Shown: piece by piece, positions 39,909 through 53,626 of the stretch
Layout of the letters: each line of letters opens with the position of its first letter
Position numbering within the stretch: position 1 is the stretch's first letter
NCBI RefSeq assembly: GCF_058153355.1
Contig: NZ_CM177019.1
Length of the DNA: 64,000 nt
Strand: one strand, 5' to 3'
Program-made: the position numbers and the translations under genes
Notes under the pieces: generated by a model
Seen by the model: the letters and a program-made list of their open reading frames with translations, nothing else
The model's database searches: none
Told to the model about the DNA's origin: nothing

Positions 39909-42900
39909 ATGCCTGAACAATATCGTTATACGCTGCCCGTCAAAGCGGGTGAGCAGCGTCTGCTGGGCGAGTTAACTGGCGCTGCCTGCGCGACGCTGGT
40001 AGCGGAAATTGCCGAACGTCACGCCGGTCCGGTGGTACTTATTGCACCAGATATGCAAAATGCTCTGCGTTTGCATGATGAAATCAGCCAGTTTACCGAT
40101 CAGATGGTGATGAATCTGGCGGACTGGGAAACCCTTCCCTACGACAGTTTTTCGCCTCATCAGGACATTATCTCCTCACGCCTTTCCACTCTTTACCAGC
40201 TACCAACGATGCAGCGTGGCGTACTGATTGTTCCGGTGAATACGCTTATGCAGCGCGTTTGCCCGCACAGTTTCCTCCACGGCCACGCGCTGATGATGAA
40301 AAAAGGTCAGCGGTTATCTCGTGATGCCTTGCGTACGCAACTGGACAGTGCCGGTTATCGCCATGTTGACCAGGTTATGGAGCACGGCGAATACGCCACG
40401 CGCGGCGCGTTGCTGGATCTTTTCCCGATGGGCAGCGACTTGCCTTATCGTCTTGATTTTTTTGATGATGAAATTGACAGTCTGCGGGTGTTTGACGTCG
40501 ATAGCCAGCGCACGCTGGAGGAAGTAGAAGCGATCAATCTGTTGCCCGCGCACGAATTTCCGACCGATAAAGCGGCGATTGAACTGTTCCGCAGCCAGTG
40601 GCGCGATACCTTCGAAGTGAAGCGCGACCCGGAACATATTTATCAGCAAGTGAGTAAAGGCACATTACCTGCCGGGATCGAGTACTGGCAGCCGCTATTC
40701 TTCAGCGAACCGCTGCCGCCACTGTTCAGTTATTTCCCTGCCAATACGCTATTGGTGAATACTGGCGATCTGGAAAACAGTGCCGAACGTTTCCAGGCTG
40801 ACACGCTGGCGCGTTTTGAAAATCGCGGCGTCGATCCGATGCGTCCACTGTTGCCACCACAATCGCTCTGGCTGCGGGTAGACGAGCTCTTTTCAGAGCT
40901 AAAAAACTGGCCGCGTGTGCAGCTAAAAACTGAACATTTACCGACAAAAGCAGCGAATGCCAATTTAGGTTTCCAGAAGCTGCCAGACCTGGCCGTTCAG
41001 GCACAACAAAAAGCGCCGCTGGATGCGCTGCGTAAGTTCCTCGAGTCTTTCGACGGTCCGGTGGTGTTCTCGGTAGAAAGTGAAGGTCGCCGTGAAGCGC
41101 TGGGTGAACTGCTCGCGCGAATTAAAATTGCTCCTCAACGCATTATGCGTCTTGATGAAGCCAACGACCGTGGGCGTTATCTGATGATTGGCGCTGCCGA
41201 ACATGGTTTTGTCGATACGGTACGTAATCTGGCGCTGATTTGCGAAAGCGATCTGCTCGGTGAACGCGTTGCCCGTCGTCGTCAGGATTCTCGCCGCGCC
41301 ATCAACCCCGATACACTGATCCGTAACCTTGCGGAGCTGCATATTGGTCAGCCGGTGGTCCATCTGGAGCACGGCGTCGGGCGCTATGCAGGAATGACCA
41401 CGCTGGAAGCCGGCGGCATTACCGGCGAGTATTTGATGCTCACCTATGCCAACGACGCCAAACTGTATGTTCCGGTGTCGTCACTGCATCTGATTAGCCG
41501 GTACGCAGGTGGCGCGGAAGAAAATGCCCCGCTGCATAAACTTGGCGGCGATGCGTGGTCACGCGCGCGGCAGAAAGCGGCGGAAAAAGTGCGTGATGTG
41601 GCGGCAGAATTGCTGGATATCTACGCGCAACGCGCCGCCAAAGAGGGCTTCGCGTTTAAACACGATCGTGAACAATATCAATTGTTCTGCGACAGCTTCC
41701 CGTTTGAAACCACGCCGGATCAGGCGCAAGCCATTAATGCAGTGCTTAGCGATATGTGTCAGCCGCTGGCGATGGATCGTCTGGTGTGCGGCGATGTTGG
41801 CTTTGGTAAAACAGAAGTTGCGATGCGCGCCGCTTTCCTGGCGGTAGATAACCACAAGCAGGTGGCGGTGCTGGTGCCTACCACCCTTCTCGCGCAGCAG
41901 CATTACGACAACTTCCGCGACCGTTTCGCCAACTGGCCGGTACGCATCGAAATGATCTCCCGTTTCCGCAGCGCCAAAGAGCAGACGCAAATCCTTGCGG
42001 AAGTGGCGGAAGGGAAAATCGATATTCTGATCGGTACGCACAAACTGCTGCAAAATGACGTCAAGTTTAAAGATTTAGGTCTGCTGATTGTCGATGAAGA
42101 ACACCGCTTCGGGGTGCGTCATAAAGAGCGCATTAAAGCGATGCGGGCGAACGTGGATATTCTGACACTTACCGCAACGCCGATCCCACGTACGCTGAAT
42201 ATGGCAATGAGCGGAATGCGCGATCTGTCGATTATCGCTACGCCGCCTGCCCGTCGTCTGGCAGTTAAAACCTTTGTCCGTGAGTATGACAGTCTGGTGG
42301 TCCGGGAGGCGATCCTGCGTGAAATTTTGCGCGGGGGACAGGTTTATTATCTCTACAATGATGTGGAAAACATCCAGAAAGCCGCCGAACGACTGGCAGA
42401 ACTGGTGCCAGAGGCGCGGATCGCCATCGGCCACGGGCAGATGCGTGAGCGCGAACTGGAACGGGTGATGAATGATTTCCATCATCAACGTTTCAACGTG
42501 CTGGTTTGTACCACCATTATCGAAACCGGGATCGACATCCCTACCGCTAACACCATTATCATTGAACGCGCGGATCACTTCGGTCTGGCACAACTCCACC
42601 AGTTGCGCGGTCGCGTCGGACGTTCGCATCATCAGGCATATGCATGGTTGCTGACGCCGCATCCAAAAGCGATGACCACCGATGCGCAAAAACGTCTTGA
42701 AGCGATTGCCTCGCTGGAAGATCTCGGTGCAGGTTTTGCGCTGGCAACGCACGATCTGGAGATTCGCGGCGCAGGTGAACTGCTTGGCGAAGAACAAAGC
42801 GGCTCAATGGAAACCATCGGTTTCTCGCTGTATATGGAGTTGCTGGAAAACGCCGTCGATGCGCTGAAAGCCGGACGCGAGCCGTCGCTGGAAGATCTCA

Positions 42901-43355
42901 CTAGCCAGCAAACAGAAGTCGAGCTGCGGATGCCGTCGCTATTACCAGATGATTTCATTCCTGACGTGAATACGCGTTTGTCGTTCTATAAACGTATTGC
43001 CAGCGCCAAAACGGAAAACGAACTGGAAGAGATCAAAGTTGAGCTTATCGATCGCTTCGGCCTGCTGCCGGATCCGGCGCGTACCCTGCTGGATATTGCC
43101 CGTCTGCGCCAGCAAGCGCAGAAACTGGGGATCAGGAAGCTGGAAGGTAATGAGAAAGGTGGGGTGATCGAATTTGCCGAGAAGAATCACGTTAATCCGG
43201 CATGGCTGATTGGTTTGCTGCAAAAACAGCCACAGCATTACCGCCTTGATGGTCCGACGCGCCTGAAGTTTATTCAGGATTTGAGCGAGCGGAAAACGCG
43301 TATCGAATGGGTACGCCAGTTTATGCGTGAACTGGAAGAGAACGCGATCGCTTAA
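39909..43355 (+). CDS. mfd: Transcription-repair coupling factor Mfd
   Basis: 1148 aa from MPEQYRYTLPVKAG; superfamily-2 helicase motifs (GDVGFGKTEVA, DEEH) and TRG region. Confidence 0.97.
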   Translation: MPEQYRYTLPVKAGEQRLLGELTGAACATLVAEIAERHAGPVVLIAPDMQNALRLHDEISQFTDQMVMNLADWETLPYDSFSPHQDIISSRLSTLYQLPTMQRGVLIVPVNTLMQRVCPHSFLHGHALMMKKGQRLSRDALRTQLDSAGYRHVDQVMEHGEYATRGALLDLFPMGSDLPYRLDFFDDEIDSLRVFDVDSQRTLEEVEAINLLPAHEFPTDKAAIELFRSQWRDTFEVKRDPEHIYQQVSKGTLPAGIEYWQPLFFSEPLPPLFSYFPANTLLVNTGDLENSAERFQADTLARFENRGVDPMRPLLPPQSLWLRVDELFSELKNWPRVQLKTEHLPTKAANANLGFQKLPDLAVQAQQKAPLDALRKFLESFDGPVVFSVESEGRREALGELLARIKIAPQRIMRLDEANDRGRYLMIGAAEHGFVDTVRNLALICESDLLGERVARRRQDSRRAINPDTLIRNLAELHIGQPVVHLEHGVGRYAGMTTLEAGGITGEYLMLTYANDAKLYVPVSSLHLISRYAGGAEENAPLHKLGGDAWSRARQKAAEKVRDVAAELLDIYAQRAAKEGFAFKHDREQYQLFCDSFPFETTPDQAQAINAVLSDMCQPLAMDRLVCGDVGFGKTEVAMRAAFLAVDNHKQVAVLVPTTLLAQQHYDNFRDRFANWPVRIEMISRFRSAKEQTQILAEVAEGKIDILIGTHKLLQNDVKFKDLGLLIVDEEHRFGVRHKERIKAMRANVDILTLTATPIPRTLNMAMSGMRDLSIIATPPARRLAVKTFVREYDSLVVREAILREILRGGQVYYLYNDVENIQKAAERLAELVPEARIAIGHGQMRERELERVMNDFHHQRFNVLVCTTIIETGIDIPTANTIIIERADHFGLAQLHQLRGRVGRSHHQAYAWLLTPHPKAMTTDAQKRLEAIASLEDLGAGFALATHDLEIRGAGELLGEEQSGSMETIGFSLYMELLENAVDALKAGREPSLEDLTSQQTEVELRMPSLLPDDFIPDVNTRLSFYKRIASAKTENELEEIKVELIDRFGLLPDPARTLLDIARLRQQAQKLGIRKLEGNEKGGVIEFAEKNHVNPAWLIGLLQKQPQHYRLDGPTRLKFIQDLSERKTRIEWVRQFMRELEENAIA

Positions 43356-43495
43356 TAGTTAATCGGGGGCGTTTCTGCGCCCCCATCTGCAACATTTACA
43401 AATTCTTTGCACTTCCCTGCACTATCCGACACTGTCACCATCCATAATTCAGGCTTATCTGTTTATTACAATAACCTTATATTTATTATGGATTT

Positions 43496-44461
43496 TTGGT
43501 GATGATCAAAACGCGTTTTTCTCGCTGGCTAACGTTTTTTACGTTCGCCGCTGCCGTGGCGCTGGCGCTACCGGTAAAAGCCAACACCTGGCCGCTGCCG
43601 CCAGCAGGCAGTCGTCTGGTTGGCGAAAACAAATTTCATGTGGTGGAAAATGACGGTGGTTCTCTGGAAGCCATCGCCAAAAAATATAATGTCGGCTTTC
43701 TCGCTCTGTTACAGGCTAACCCCGGCGTTGATCCTTACGTGCCGCGCGCGGGTAGCGTGTTAACGATCCCGTTGCAAACCCTACTTCCAGATGCGCCGCG
43801 CGAAGGCATTGTGATCAATATTGCGGAACTGCGTCTCTATTACTACCCGCCGGGTAAAAATTCGGTAACCGTGTATCCCATCGGCATTGGTCAGTTGGGT
43901 GGTGACACGCTGACACCGACAATGGTGACCACCGTTTCTGACAAGCGTGCAAACCCAACCTGGACGCCAACGGCAAACATTCGCGCGCGGTATAAGGCAC
44001 AGGGAATTGAGTTGCCTGCGGTAGTTCCGGCTGGACCGGATAACCCAATGGGCCATCATGCGATTCGTCTGGCGGCCTATGGCGGTGTTTATTTGCTTCA
44101 CGGTACGAACGCCGATTTCGGCATTGGCATGCGGGTAAGTTCTGGCTGTATTCGTCTGCGGGATGACGATATCAAAACACTCTTTAGCCAGGTCACCCCA
44201 GGTACCAAAGTGAATATCATCAACACCCCGATTAAAGTCTCTGCCGAACCAAACGGTGCGCGTCTGGTTGAAGTACATCAACCGCTGTCAGAGAAGATTG
44301 ATGACGATCCACAACTGTTGCCAATTACGCTGAACAGCGCAATGCAATCATTTAAAGATGCAGCGCAAACTGACGCTGAAGTGATGCAGCATGTGATGGA
44401 TGTCCGTTCCGGGATGCCGGTGGATGTCCGCCGTCATCAAGTGAGCCCACAAACTTTGTAA
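43496..44461 (+). CDS. ldtC: L,D-transpeptidase LdtC (YcfS)
   Basis: 321-aa ORF, signal peptide, LysM region and YkuD catalytic motif (HGTN...SSGCIRL). Confidence 0.93.
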   Translation: MVMIKTRFSRWLTFFTFAAAVALALPVKANTWPLPPAGSRLVGENKFHVVENDGGSLEAIAKKYNVGFLALLQANPGVDPYVPRAGSVLTIPLQTLLPDAPREGIVINIAELRLYYYPPGKNSVTVYPIGIGQLGGDTLTPTMVTTVSDKRANPTWTPTANIRARYKAQGIELPAVVPAGPDNPMGHHAIRLAAYGGVYLLHGTNADFGIGMRVSSGCIRLRDDDIKTLFSQVTPGTKVNIINTPIKVSAEPNGARLVEVHQPLSEKIDDDPQLLPITLNSAMQSFKDAAQTDAEVMQHVMDVRSGMPVDVRRHQVSPQTL

Positions 44462-44469
44462 ATCCTGGA

Positions 44470-44510
44470 TAAAAAAATCCCCGCGACACGGCATGTCGCG
44501 GGGAAAAAAA
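44470..44510. terminator. Bidirectional terminator between ldtC and bhsA
   Basis: A-run, CCCCGCGACACGGCATGTCGCGGGG hairpin, A/T-runs on both sides. Confidence 0.75.
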
Positions 44511-44543
44511 TCAGCAGTAGCAGGCATTAATGAGGGTTAATGC

Positions 44544-44801
44544 TTATTTATAAATTACTGCTGTTCCATGGACGGTATTCGGACCGGTTACAGAAGTAAT
44601 ACGGAAAGATTTTGCGCCCATCTCATCCGCTTTTTGCGCCAGCTGCTCTTCCAGCGATCCCAGATTTGTCCCCGCGTTAGCACTGATAGTACCGACTTTT
44701 TGTTGGCCTTCTGGCGTTGACTGAACTTCGACAGCCGCAAAGCTGGCAAATGACATTGAGCTTAAAATCGCCGCAGCGATGAGGGTTTTTACGTTTTTCA
44801 T
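44544..44801 (-). CDS. bhsA: Multiple stress resistance protein BhsA (YcfR)
   Basis: 85-aa ORF with signal peptide; YdgH/BhsA/McbA family. Confidence 0.92.
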   Translation of the reverse strand: MKNVKTLIAAAILSSMSFASFAAVEVQSTPEGQQKVGTISANAGTNLGSLEEQLAQKADEMGAKSFRITSVTGPNTVHGTAVIYK

Positions 44802-45041
44802 AATAGTGGCCTTATGCAGATGAATGACGTCGCAAGCAATTACTTAACGATCGATAACTAAATGATAGATGTGATCTGGATCACATACAAGATATTTTTT
44901 ATAACAATCATTAATTAATTTAAAAATCTTTAAATTTCAGTTAAATAGAAAGCAATTATTTTTATGGTTTGTGGACTGGTGAACGGAGGTGATTATTTTT
45001 ATAATAACCTTTCATTCACAGTCACCAGGTACAACGGCATC

Positions 45042-45674
45042 ATGGCAACTGACTCAACACAATGTGTAAAAAAAAGCCGTGGCCGCCCAAAAGTGTTCGA
45101 CAGGGATGCCGCGCTTGATAAGGCCATGAAATTGTTCTGGCAGCACGGTTATGAAGCGACTTCTCTTGCGGACCTCGTCGAAGCGACCGGAGCCAAAGCG
45201 CCCACGCTATACGCGGAATTTACCAACAAAGAGGGGTTATTCCGCGCCGTACTCGACCGCTATATCGATCGTTTTGCCGCTAAGCATGAAGCACAGCTGT
45301 TTTGTGAAGAGAAAAGCGTGGAGTCTGCGCTGGCTGACTATTTTGCTGCCATCGCCAACTGCTTTACCAGCAAAGACACCCCGGCTGGCTGCTTTATGAT
45401 CAACAACTGCACCACCCTCTCCCCGGATTCCGGAGATATCGCCAATACGCTGAAATCACGCCATGCGATGCAAGAGCGCACTTTGCAGCAGTTTTTATGT
45501 CAACGACAAGCGCGCGGGGAAATCCCGACCCACTGTGATGTGACGCATCTGGCTGAATTCCTTAATTGTATTATTCAGGGGATGTCGATCAGCGCACGCG
45601 AAGGTGCATCGCTGGAAAAACTGATGCAGATTGCCCGAACGACTTTGCGTTTATGGCCCGAACTGGTGAAATAA
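45042..45674 (+). CDS. comR: TetR-family repressor ComR (YcfQ)
   Basis: 210 aa from MATDSTQCVKKSRGRPKVF; N-terminal TetR HTH. Confidence 0.9.
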   Translation: MATDSTQCVKKSRGRPKVFDRDAALDKAMKLFWQHGYEATSLADLVEATGAKAPTLYAEFTNKEGLFRAVLDRYIDRFAAKHEAQLFCEEKSVESALADYFAAIANCFTSKDTPAGCFMINNCTTLSPDSGDIANTLKSRHAMQERTLQQFLCQRQARGEIPTHCDVTHLAEFLNCIIQGMSISAREGASLEKLMQIARTTLRLWPELVK

Positions 45675-45736
45675 GGCGCAAAAAAAAGCCCCTCAGCCTG
45701 AGCGAATGGGGGGCTAAATTGCAGAATACAGCCTTG

Positions 45737-46276
45737 TTATACTTTGTTATTCAAAATCAGTTGCCCGTTGCCATCTAACGGGATCTGCGTACCCGGATCG
45801 CGGTCCATGCGGATTTTGCCCTGCTGATCGCCAATCTTATAGGTCACATCATAACCGAGCATTTTTTCTGACTTGTCATACACCGTTTTACAACGCTGTT
45901 GCGTAGTCGTGTAAGTATCGCTTTCCTGGAGAGAGCCCTGGATCTGGTTACCGGCATAGCCACCTCCCAGCGCCCCCACAACAGTGGCGACATCTTTACC
46001 GCGACCACCGCCAAACTGATGCCCTATCACGCCGCCAGCAACAGCGCCGAGCACCGACCCGGTAATGCGATTTTCATCCTGCACCGGTCGACGATGGGTC
46101 ACTGTGACGTTGCGACACTCCTGACGCGGTGTTTTAACCGTTTCCTTGATTGGGGTTGCAGAAACAACCTGAGCGTATTGCGGGCCACGTTCAAACACGT
46201 TCAGACTGGCCACTGCCGCTACGCCCAACGCAGCTGCGACACCAATCCCCATACCCGCCAACATTGATTTATTCAC
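45737..46276 (-). CDS. ycfJ: Glycine-zipper outer-membrane-associated protein YcfJ
   Basis: 179 aa from GTG (VNKSMLAGMGIGVAAALGV...). Confidence 0.88.
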   Translation of the reverse strand: MNKSMLAGMGIGVAAALGVAAVASLNVFERGPQYAQVVSATPIKETVKTPRQECRNVTVTHRRPVQDENRITGSVLGAVAGGVIGHQFGGGRGKDVATVVGALGGGYAGNQIQGSLQESDTYTTTQQRCKTVYDKSEKMLGYDVTYKIGDQQGKIRMDRDPGTQIPLDGNGQLILNNKV

Positions 46277-46394
46277 GGGAACACCTCCTTCTTTGCTGTT
46301 ATGCCAATCATGCAAGTGAAGGAGAAAAGCAGCTATCAGACAGAAGATGAAAAGCGCGGGAATGGCTGGAAATACTTAGGGATTCGGAGGAGTC

Positions 46395-46492
<98 letters not shown>

Positions 46493-46502
46493 TACAAGCC
46501 GA

Positions 46503-47807
46503 TTAATGCAACTTCAAACGTGGACGGATAACGCGGTTAATACTCCCCACCAGCATCATTAATCCGGTTTTAAAGTAACCATGCAGCGCAATCTGATGCA
46601 TTCTGTATAGCGAGATGTATACAAAGCGCGCAATTCGTCCTTCAATCATCATTGAGCCGCGCGTCAGGTTACCCATCAGGCTACCAACGGTGGAGAAATT
46701 CGACAACGATACCAGCGAACCGTGATCTTTATACTGATAATTTTTCAGCGGCTTACCGTTCATCTGCGCCAGAATGTTGTTCATTGCGCAGGTTGCCATC
46801 TGGTGTGCGGCCTGCGCACGCGGCGGAACAAAGCCCCCTTCCGGACGCGGGCATGACGCGCAGTCGCCAATAGCGTATATGTCTGGATCGCGAGTGGTTT
46901 GCAGCGTCGGTTCCACCACCAGCTGGTTGATACGGTTGGTTTCAAGACCACCGATATCTTTCAGGAAGTCTGGCGCTTTGATCCCGGCTGCCCACACCAT
47001 CAGATCAGCCTCAATATATTCACCATCTTTAGTGTGCAGGCCGCCTTCATCAGCACTGGTGACCATGGTTTGCGTCAGCACGCGAACGCCAAGTTTCGTT
47101 AACTCATTATGGGCCGCAGCAGAAATACGTGGCGGCAACGCAGGCAAAATACGTTCGCCCGCTTCTACCAGCGTTACGTTCAGGGCTTCGTTGGTCAGAC
47201 CTTTATAACCGTAGCTGTGCAGTTGCTTGACCGCGTTGTGCAATTCTGCGGAGAGTTCTACACCCGTCGCGCCGCCGCCGACAATCGCAATGTTCACTTT
47301 ACCATTCGCGCCCAGGTTGGCGGAGTATTTCAGGAACAGATTCAGCATCTCCTGGTGGAAACGACGCGCCTGATGCGGGTTATCGAGGAAAATGCAGTTC
47401 TCTTTGACTCCTGGCGTATTGAAATCGTTAGAGGTGCTGCCCAACGCCATTACCAGGGTGTCATAGGCGATTTTACGTTCCGGAACCAGCAGTTCACCTT
47501 TCTCGTCGCGCAGTTCTGCAATAGTGATTGTTTTCGCTTCACGATCAATATCAATGACGGAACCCAGCTGGAACTGGAAACCATGATTGCGCGCATGGGC
47601 CAGATAGCTCAACGCATCGACGCCTTCATCAAGCGAGCCAGTCGCCACTTCGTGCAGCAGCGGTTTCCACAAGTGGCTGTGGTTACGATCGACCAGCGTA
47701 ATTTTGGCTTTTTTCTTGCGTCCCAGCTTATGTCCCAGCTGTGTCGCCATTTCCAGCCCACCAGCACCGCCGCCGACAATCACAATTTTTTTCAATGGCG
47801 TAGTCAA
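46503..47807 (-). CDS. ndh: NADH dehydrogenase II (Ndh)
   Basis: 434 aa from TTG start ([17 protein letters not shown]) after AAGGGGG; FAD/NAD Rossmann motifs. Confidence 0.95.
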
Positions 47808-48128
47808 CGTGACCCCCTTAAATTTATTAACCAATTGTTAACTAATAGTTATTAATATAGCTCTTAATTAACAACAGGTTACAGCAATGAAAATGTTCTT
47901 CGTTATTGAGAATAACATGAATGGTGCATTGGTCATACCAAAATTGATGTTAATCAAGTTTTGTTGCTGAAAAGATAGGCTGATTTACCGGATGAGATCA
48001 AAAAATACAGCTTATTGTTTATTATTCAAACGAATTCAGGAGGGTGAGACGTATATGGAGGGCGTTTGGTAGATACTGTTATGGCCTGCAAGTTTTTTTC
48101 TACCCCGGTTTCCCAGATTGCAGGCATG

Positions 48129-49440
<1,312 letters not shown>

Positions 49441-49492
49441 GAATCTGGAACGCATCAGGTATCAGCAAGGTTACCTGATGCGACGAGGGCAT

Positions 49493-50035
49493 TTAACCGA
49501 GGGTTTTGAACGCTTTAATGCGCTGCAAATGCGGGGAGATATTCTTGAATTTGTGCGTCTGCTCTTCGTCCCAGACAATCTCGTAATAATGATGCAACTC
49601 TTCAGATGTCCGCTGGCTGTTAAGCGCTTCATCGTTACGCGACAAAATCACCAGACAGCGATCGCGATTCTTCTCGCGGAAGTTGGTCACACACTTAGTG
49701 GCAATATCGGCATACTCTTCCGGGCGATCAATCTTGCCTTCCATGTTCTCATAAGGGAACAAATTAGGATTGAAGATCACCTGGCGGATATCGCAAAGAA
49801 AACCAATTCGCTCCGCCCAGTATCCGCCCAGACCAACGCCGCATATCAGCGGACGCTCATCGACGTTTAGTTGCAGCATTTTGTCCACTTCTTTGAGCAG
49901 ATGCTGCATATCATGTTTCGGATGCCGCGTACTGTAGCTTATCAAGCGTACATCCGGGTCAATAAACTGCAATTGTAAGACTTTCTCGTGGTTACCCGGA
50001 CTGTTAGAGTCAAAACCGTGTAAATAGATAATCAT
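49493..50035 (-). CDS. ycfP: UPF0227 esterase-like protein YcfP
   Basis: 180 aa from [18 protein letters not shown] (alpha/beta hydrolase). Confidence 0.9.
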
Positions 50036-50057
50036 CGCTTCCTCACATAAGCCAGGG

Positions 50058-51898
<1,841 letters not shown>

Positions 51899-51918
<20 letters not shown>

Positions 51919-52543
51919 CTTTACCTGACCAGATAATTTCACCCGTCTGCACCAGCATCAGCTGCATTTGTAGGGTCGGAGCGTTAACGTTGCCAGAGGC
52001 GCTGGAGTACAGCACGTAATGAGCGCCGACATTGCGGGCAATGCCTATGGCTTTACTACGGGTACCTAAACTGTCCTGCGGCGACAAACCTAACTGTTGC
52101 TTCGCCATCGACAGCTGCTGGGCGGAAACCAGGGTAAATTTACCGTTATTAGCCAGCGCATTTCGCAGCGTTTCGGTCGCTTCTGCGGCATTCAGCGAAC
52201 CGTTAGTACGGTTGTTAACGCTATCAACCAGAAGGACGCTACCCGCAGTCACCCCGTCAGCCCCAAGCATCTTACTGACCATCGGCTGCATTGCGCCATT
52301 CCAGTCATAATGGCGAATATGCGGTGCAGGCGGTGCAGTTTGATCTTCGTGCTCAATTGGGCCTGGCTGCTGCGGGATCGTCGGCACCGATGGCACCGTG
52401 GGCACAGGCTGTTGTGGCTCGGCTGGTTGTTCCGGCGCTGGTTTCACTTCTTCTACCGGTGCAGGTTCACGTTGCCCCACACACCCGGCGAGAAACATCG
52501 CCAGCGCGGCAATCAAAGCGTAGCGACTCATTTTTATCATCAA
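51899..52543 (-). CDS. lpoB: Penicillin-binding protein activator LpoB
   Basis: 214-aa lipoprotein (lipobox LAGC) with Pro-rich linker; overlaps thiK start by 20 nt. Confidence 0.92.
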
Positions 52544-52553
52544 GATTCACCCC

Positions 52554-52931
52554 TTACAAATATAGATAAAGTCTGACTTTGTGCGCCCCCAGAAAATTGG
52601 CGCTGCCGTATAGCGTTACCGCCGAATGTGCGGGAATGGTAACGCTGCGTGGCGTTTCCAGAGGATGCATCTCAAGTCCTCTGGCGTCATACCAGTAAAA
52701 ACGATAATGAACGGTAACGGGTTCTTGCCTTTCGTTATAAAGCGTTGAGGATGCTGAAGGTTGAATATCAGACGTCGAAAGGACGGGCTTTTCTGCACTG
52801 ATGCCCGCAGCCAATAAAGATGACTCCATCACCAGCGATTGCTCATCATTCACCGGAATTTCCGGATGTGAACGACAGCCCACCAGCACTAACAACGCCA
52901 GAGACACCAGCCCAAAGCATCCTTTTCTCAT
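52554..52931 (-). CDS. ycfL: Lipoprotein YcfL
   Basis: 125-aa ORF with lipobox (LVGC). Confidence 0.9.
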   Translation of the reverse strand: MRKGCFGLVSLALLVLVGCRSHPEIPVNDEQSLVMESSLLAAGISAEKPVLSTSDIQPSASSTLYNERQEPVTVHYRFYWYDARGLEMHPLETPRSVTIPAHSAVTLYGSANFLGAHKVRLYLYL

Positions 52932-52933
52932 CG

Positions 52934-53293
52934 TTACAGACCTTTATGCGCCAGCATTGGTCCCAGCGGACGGCCACCCAACAAGTGCATATGGATGTGA
53001 TACACCTCTTGTCCGCCATGGCGATTGGTGTTCATGATCAGACGATAGCCATCTTCGGCAATACCTTCTTGCTCAGCAATTTTTGCCGCTACGGTGATCA
53101 TGCGTCCCAGCGCCTGCTCATGCTCAGCAGACACGTCGTTCACAGTCGGAATGAGGATATTTGGAATGATCAGAATATGCGTTGGCGCTTGCGGCGAAAT
53201 ATCGCGAAACGCCGTTACCAGATCATCCTGGTAGACGATATCGGAGGGGATCTCACGACGAATAATTTTGCTAAATATAGTTTCTTCTGCCAC
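52934..53293 (-). CDS. hinT: Purine nucleoside phosphoramidase HinT
   Basis: 119 aa from GTG; HIT motif HIHMHLL. Confidence 0.92.
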   Translation of the reverse strand: MAEETIFSKIIRREIPSDIVYQDDLVTAFRDISPQAPTHILIIPNILIPTVNDVSAEHEQALGRMITVAAKIAEQEGIAEDGYRLIMNTNRHGGQEVYHIHMHLLGGRPLGPMLAHKGL

Positions 53294-53506
53294 GACATTT
53301 TCCTTTTTCAAATAGCCATGCGTTGCGCCATGCTACGCCGCGCCATACTGCGAGTATAGAGTATGGTCGAGTTAAACCTGCTCTTTCAACCTTAACTCAC
53401 GATTTCTTAAGCAAAAAATCGTTTTGCTGCCGTATATATCGCCATTATTCCCATTTCTGCCTGCGAATTCGCTGAAAAGACATTCTTTGTTTGGTTTACA
53501 CGTCAA

Positions 53507-53560
53507 ATATGAATGCGTATATTTCTCATTTGCATTTGCATGCAAAATTATTCGCACACT
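53507..53560 (+). promoter_or_regulatory. Candidate Fur-box region in the fhuE promoter
   Basis: AT-rich repeated GCATTTGCATGCAAAATTATTCGC-type sequence about 70-120 bp upstream of fhuE; fhuE is known to be Fur-regulated; exact site not resolved. Confidence 0.3.
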
Positions 53561-53626
53561 AAATATAACCGCTCATCATCCTCCTCCTGCATGAGCCTGA
53601 CGACAACATAAACCAAGAGATTTCAA

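Noticed and set aside
40726-43238. Multiple 60-240-aa ORFs on the minus strand inside mfd
   Set aside because: They are antisense to the 1148-aa mfd frame, which is strongly supported by helicase motifs; no independent evidence.
47109-47855. 248-aa plus-strand ORF
   Set aside because: Antisense to ndh.
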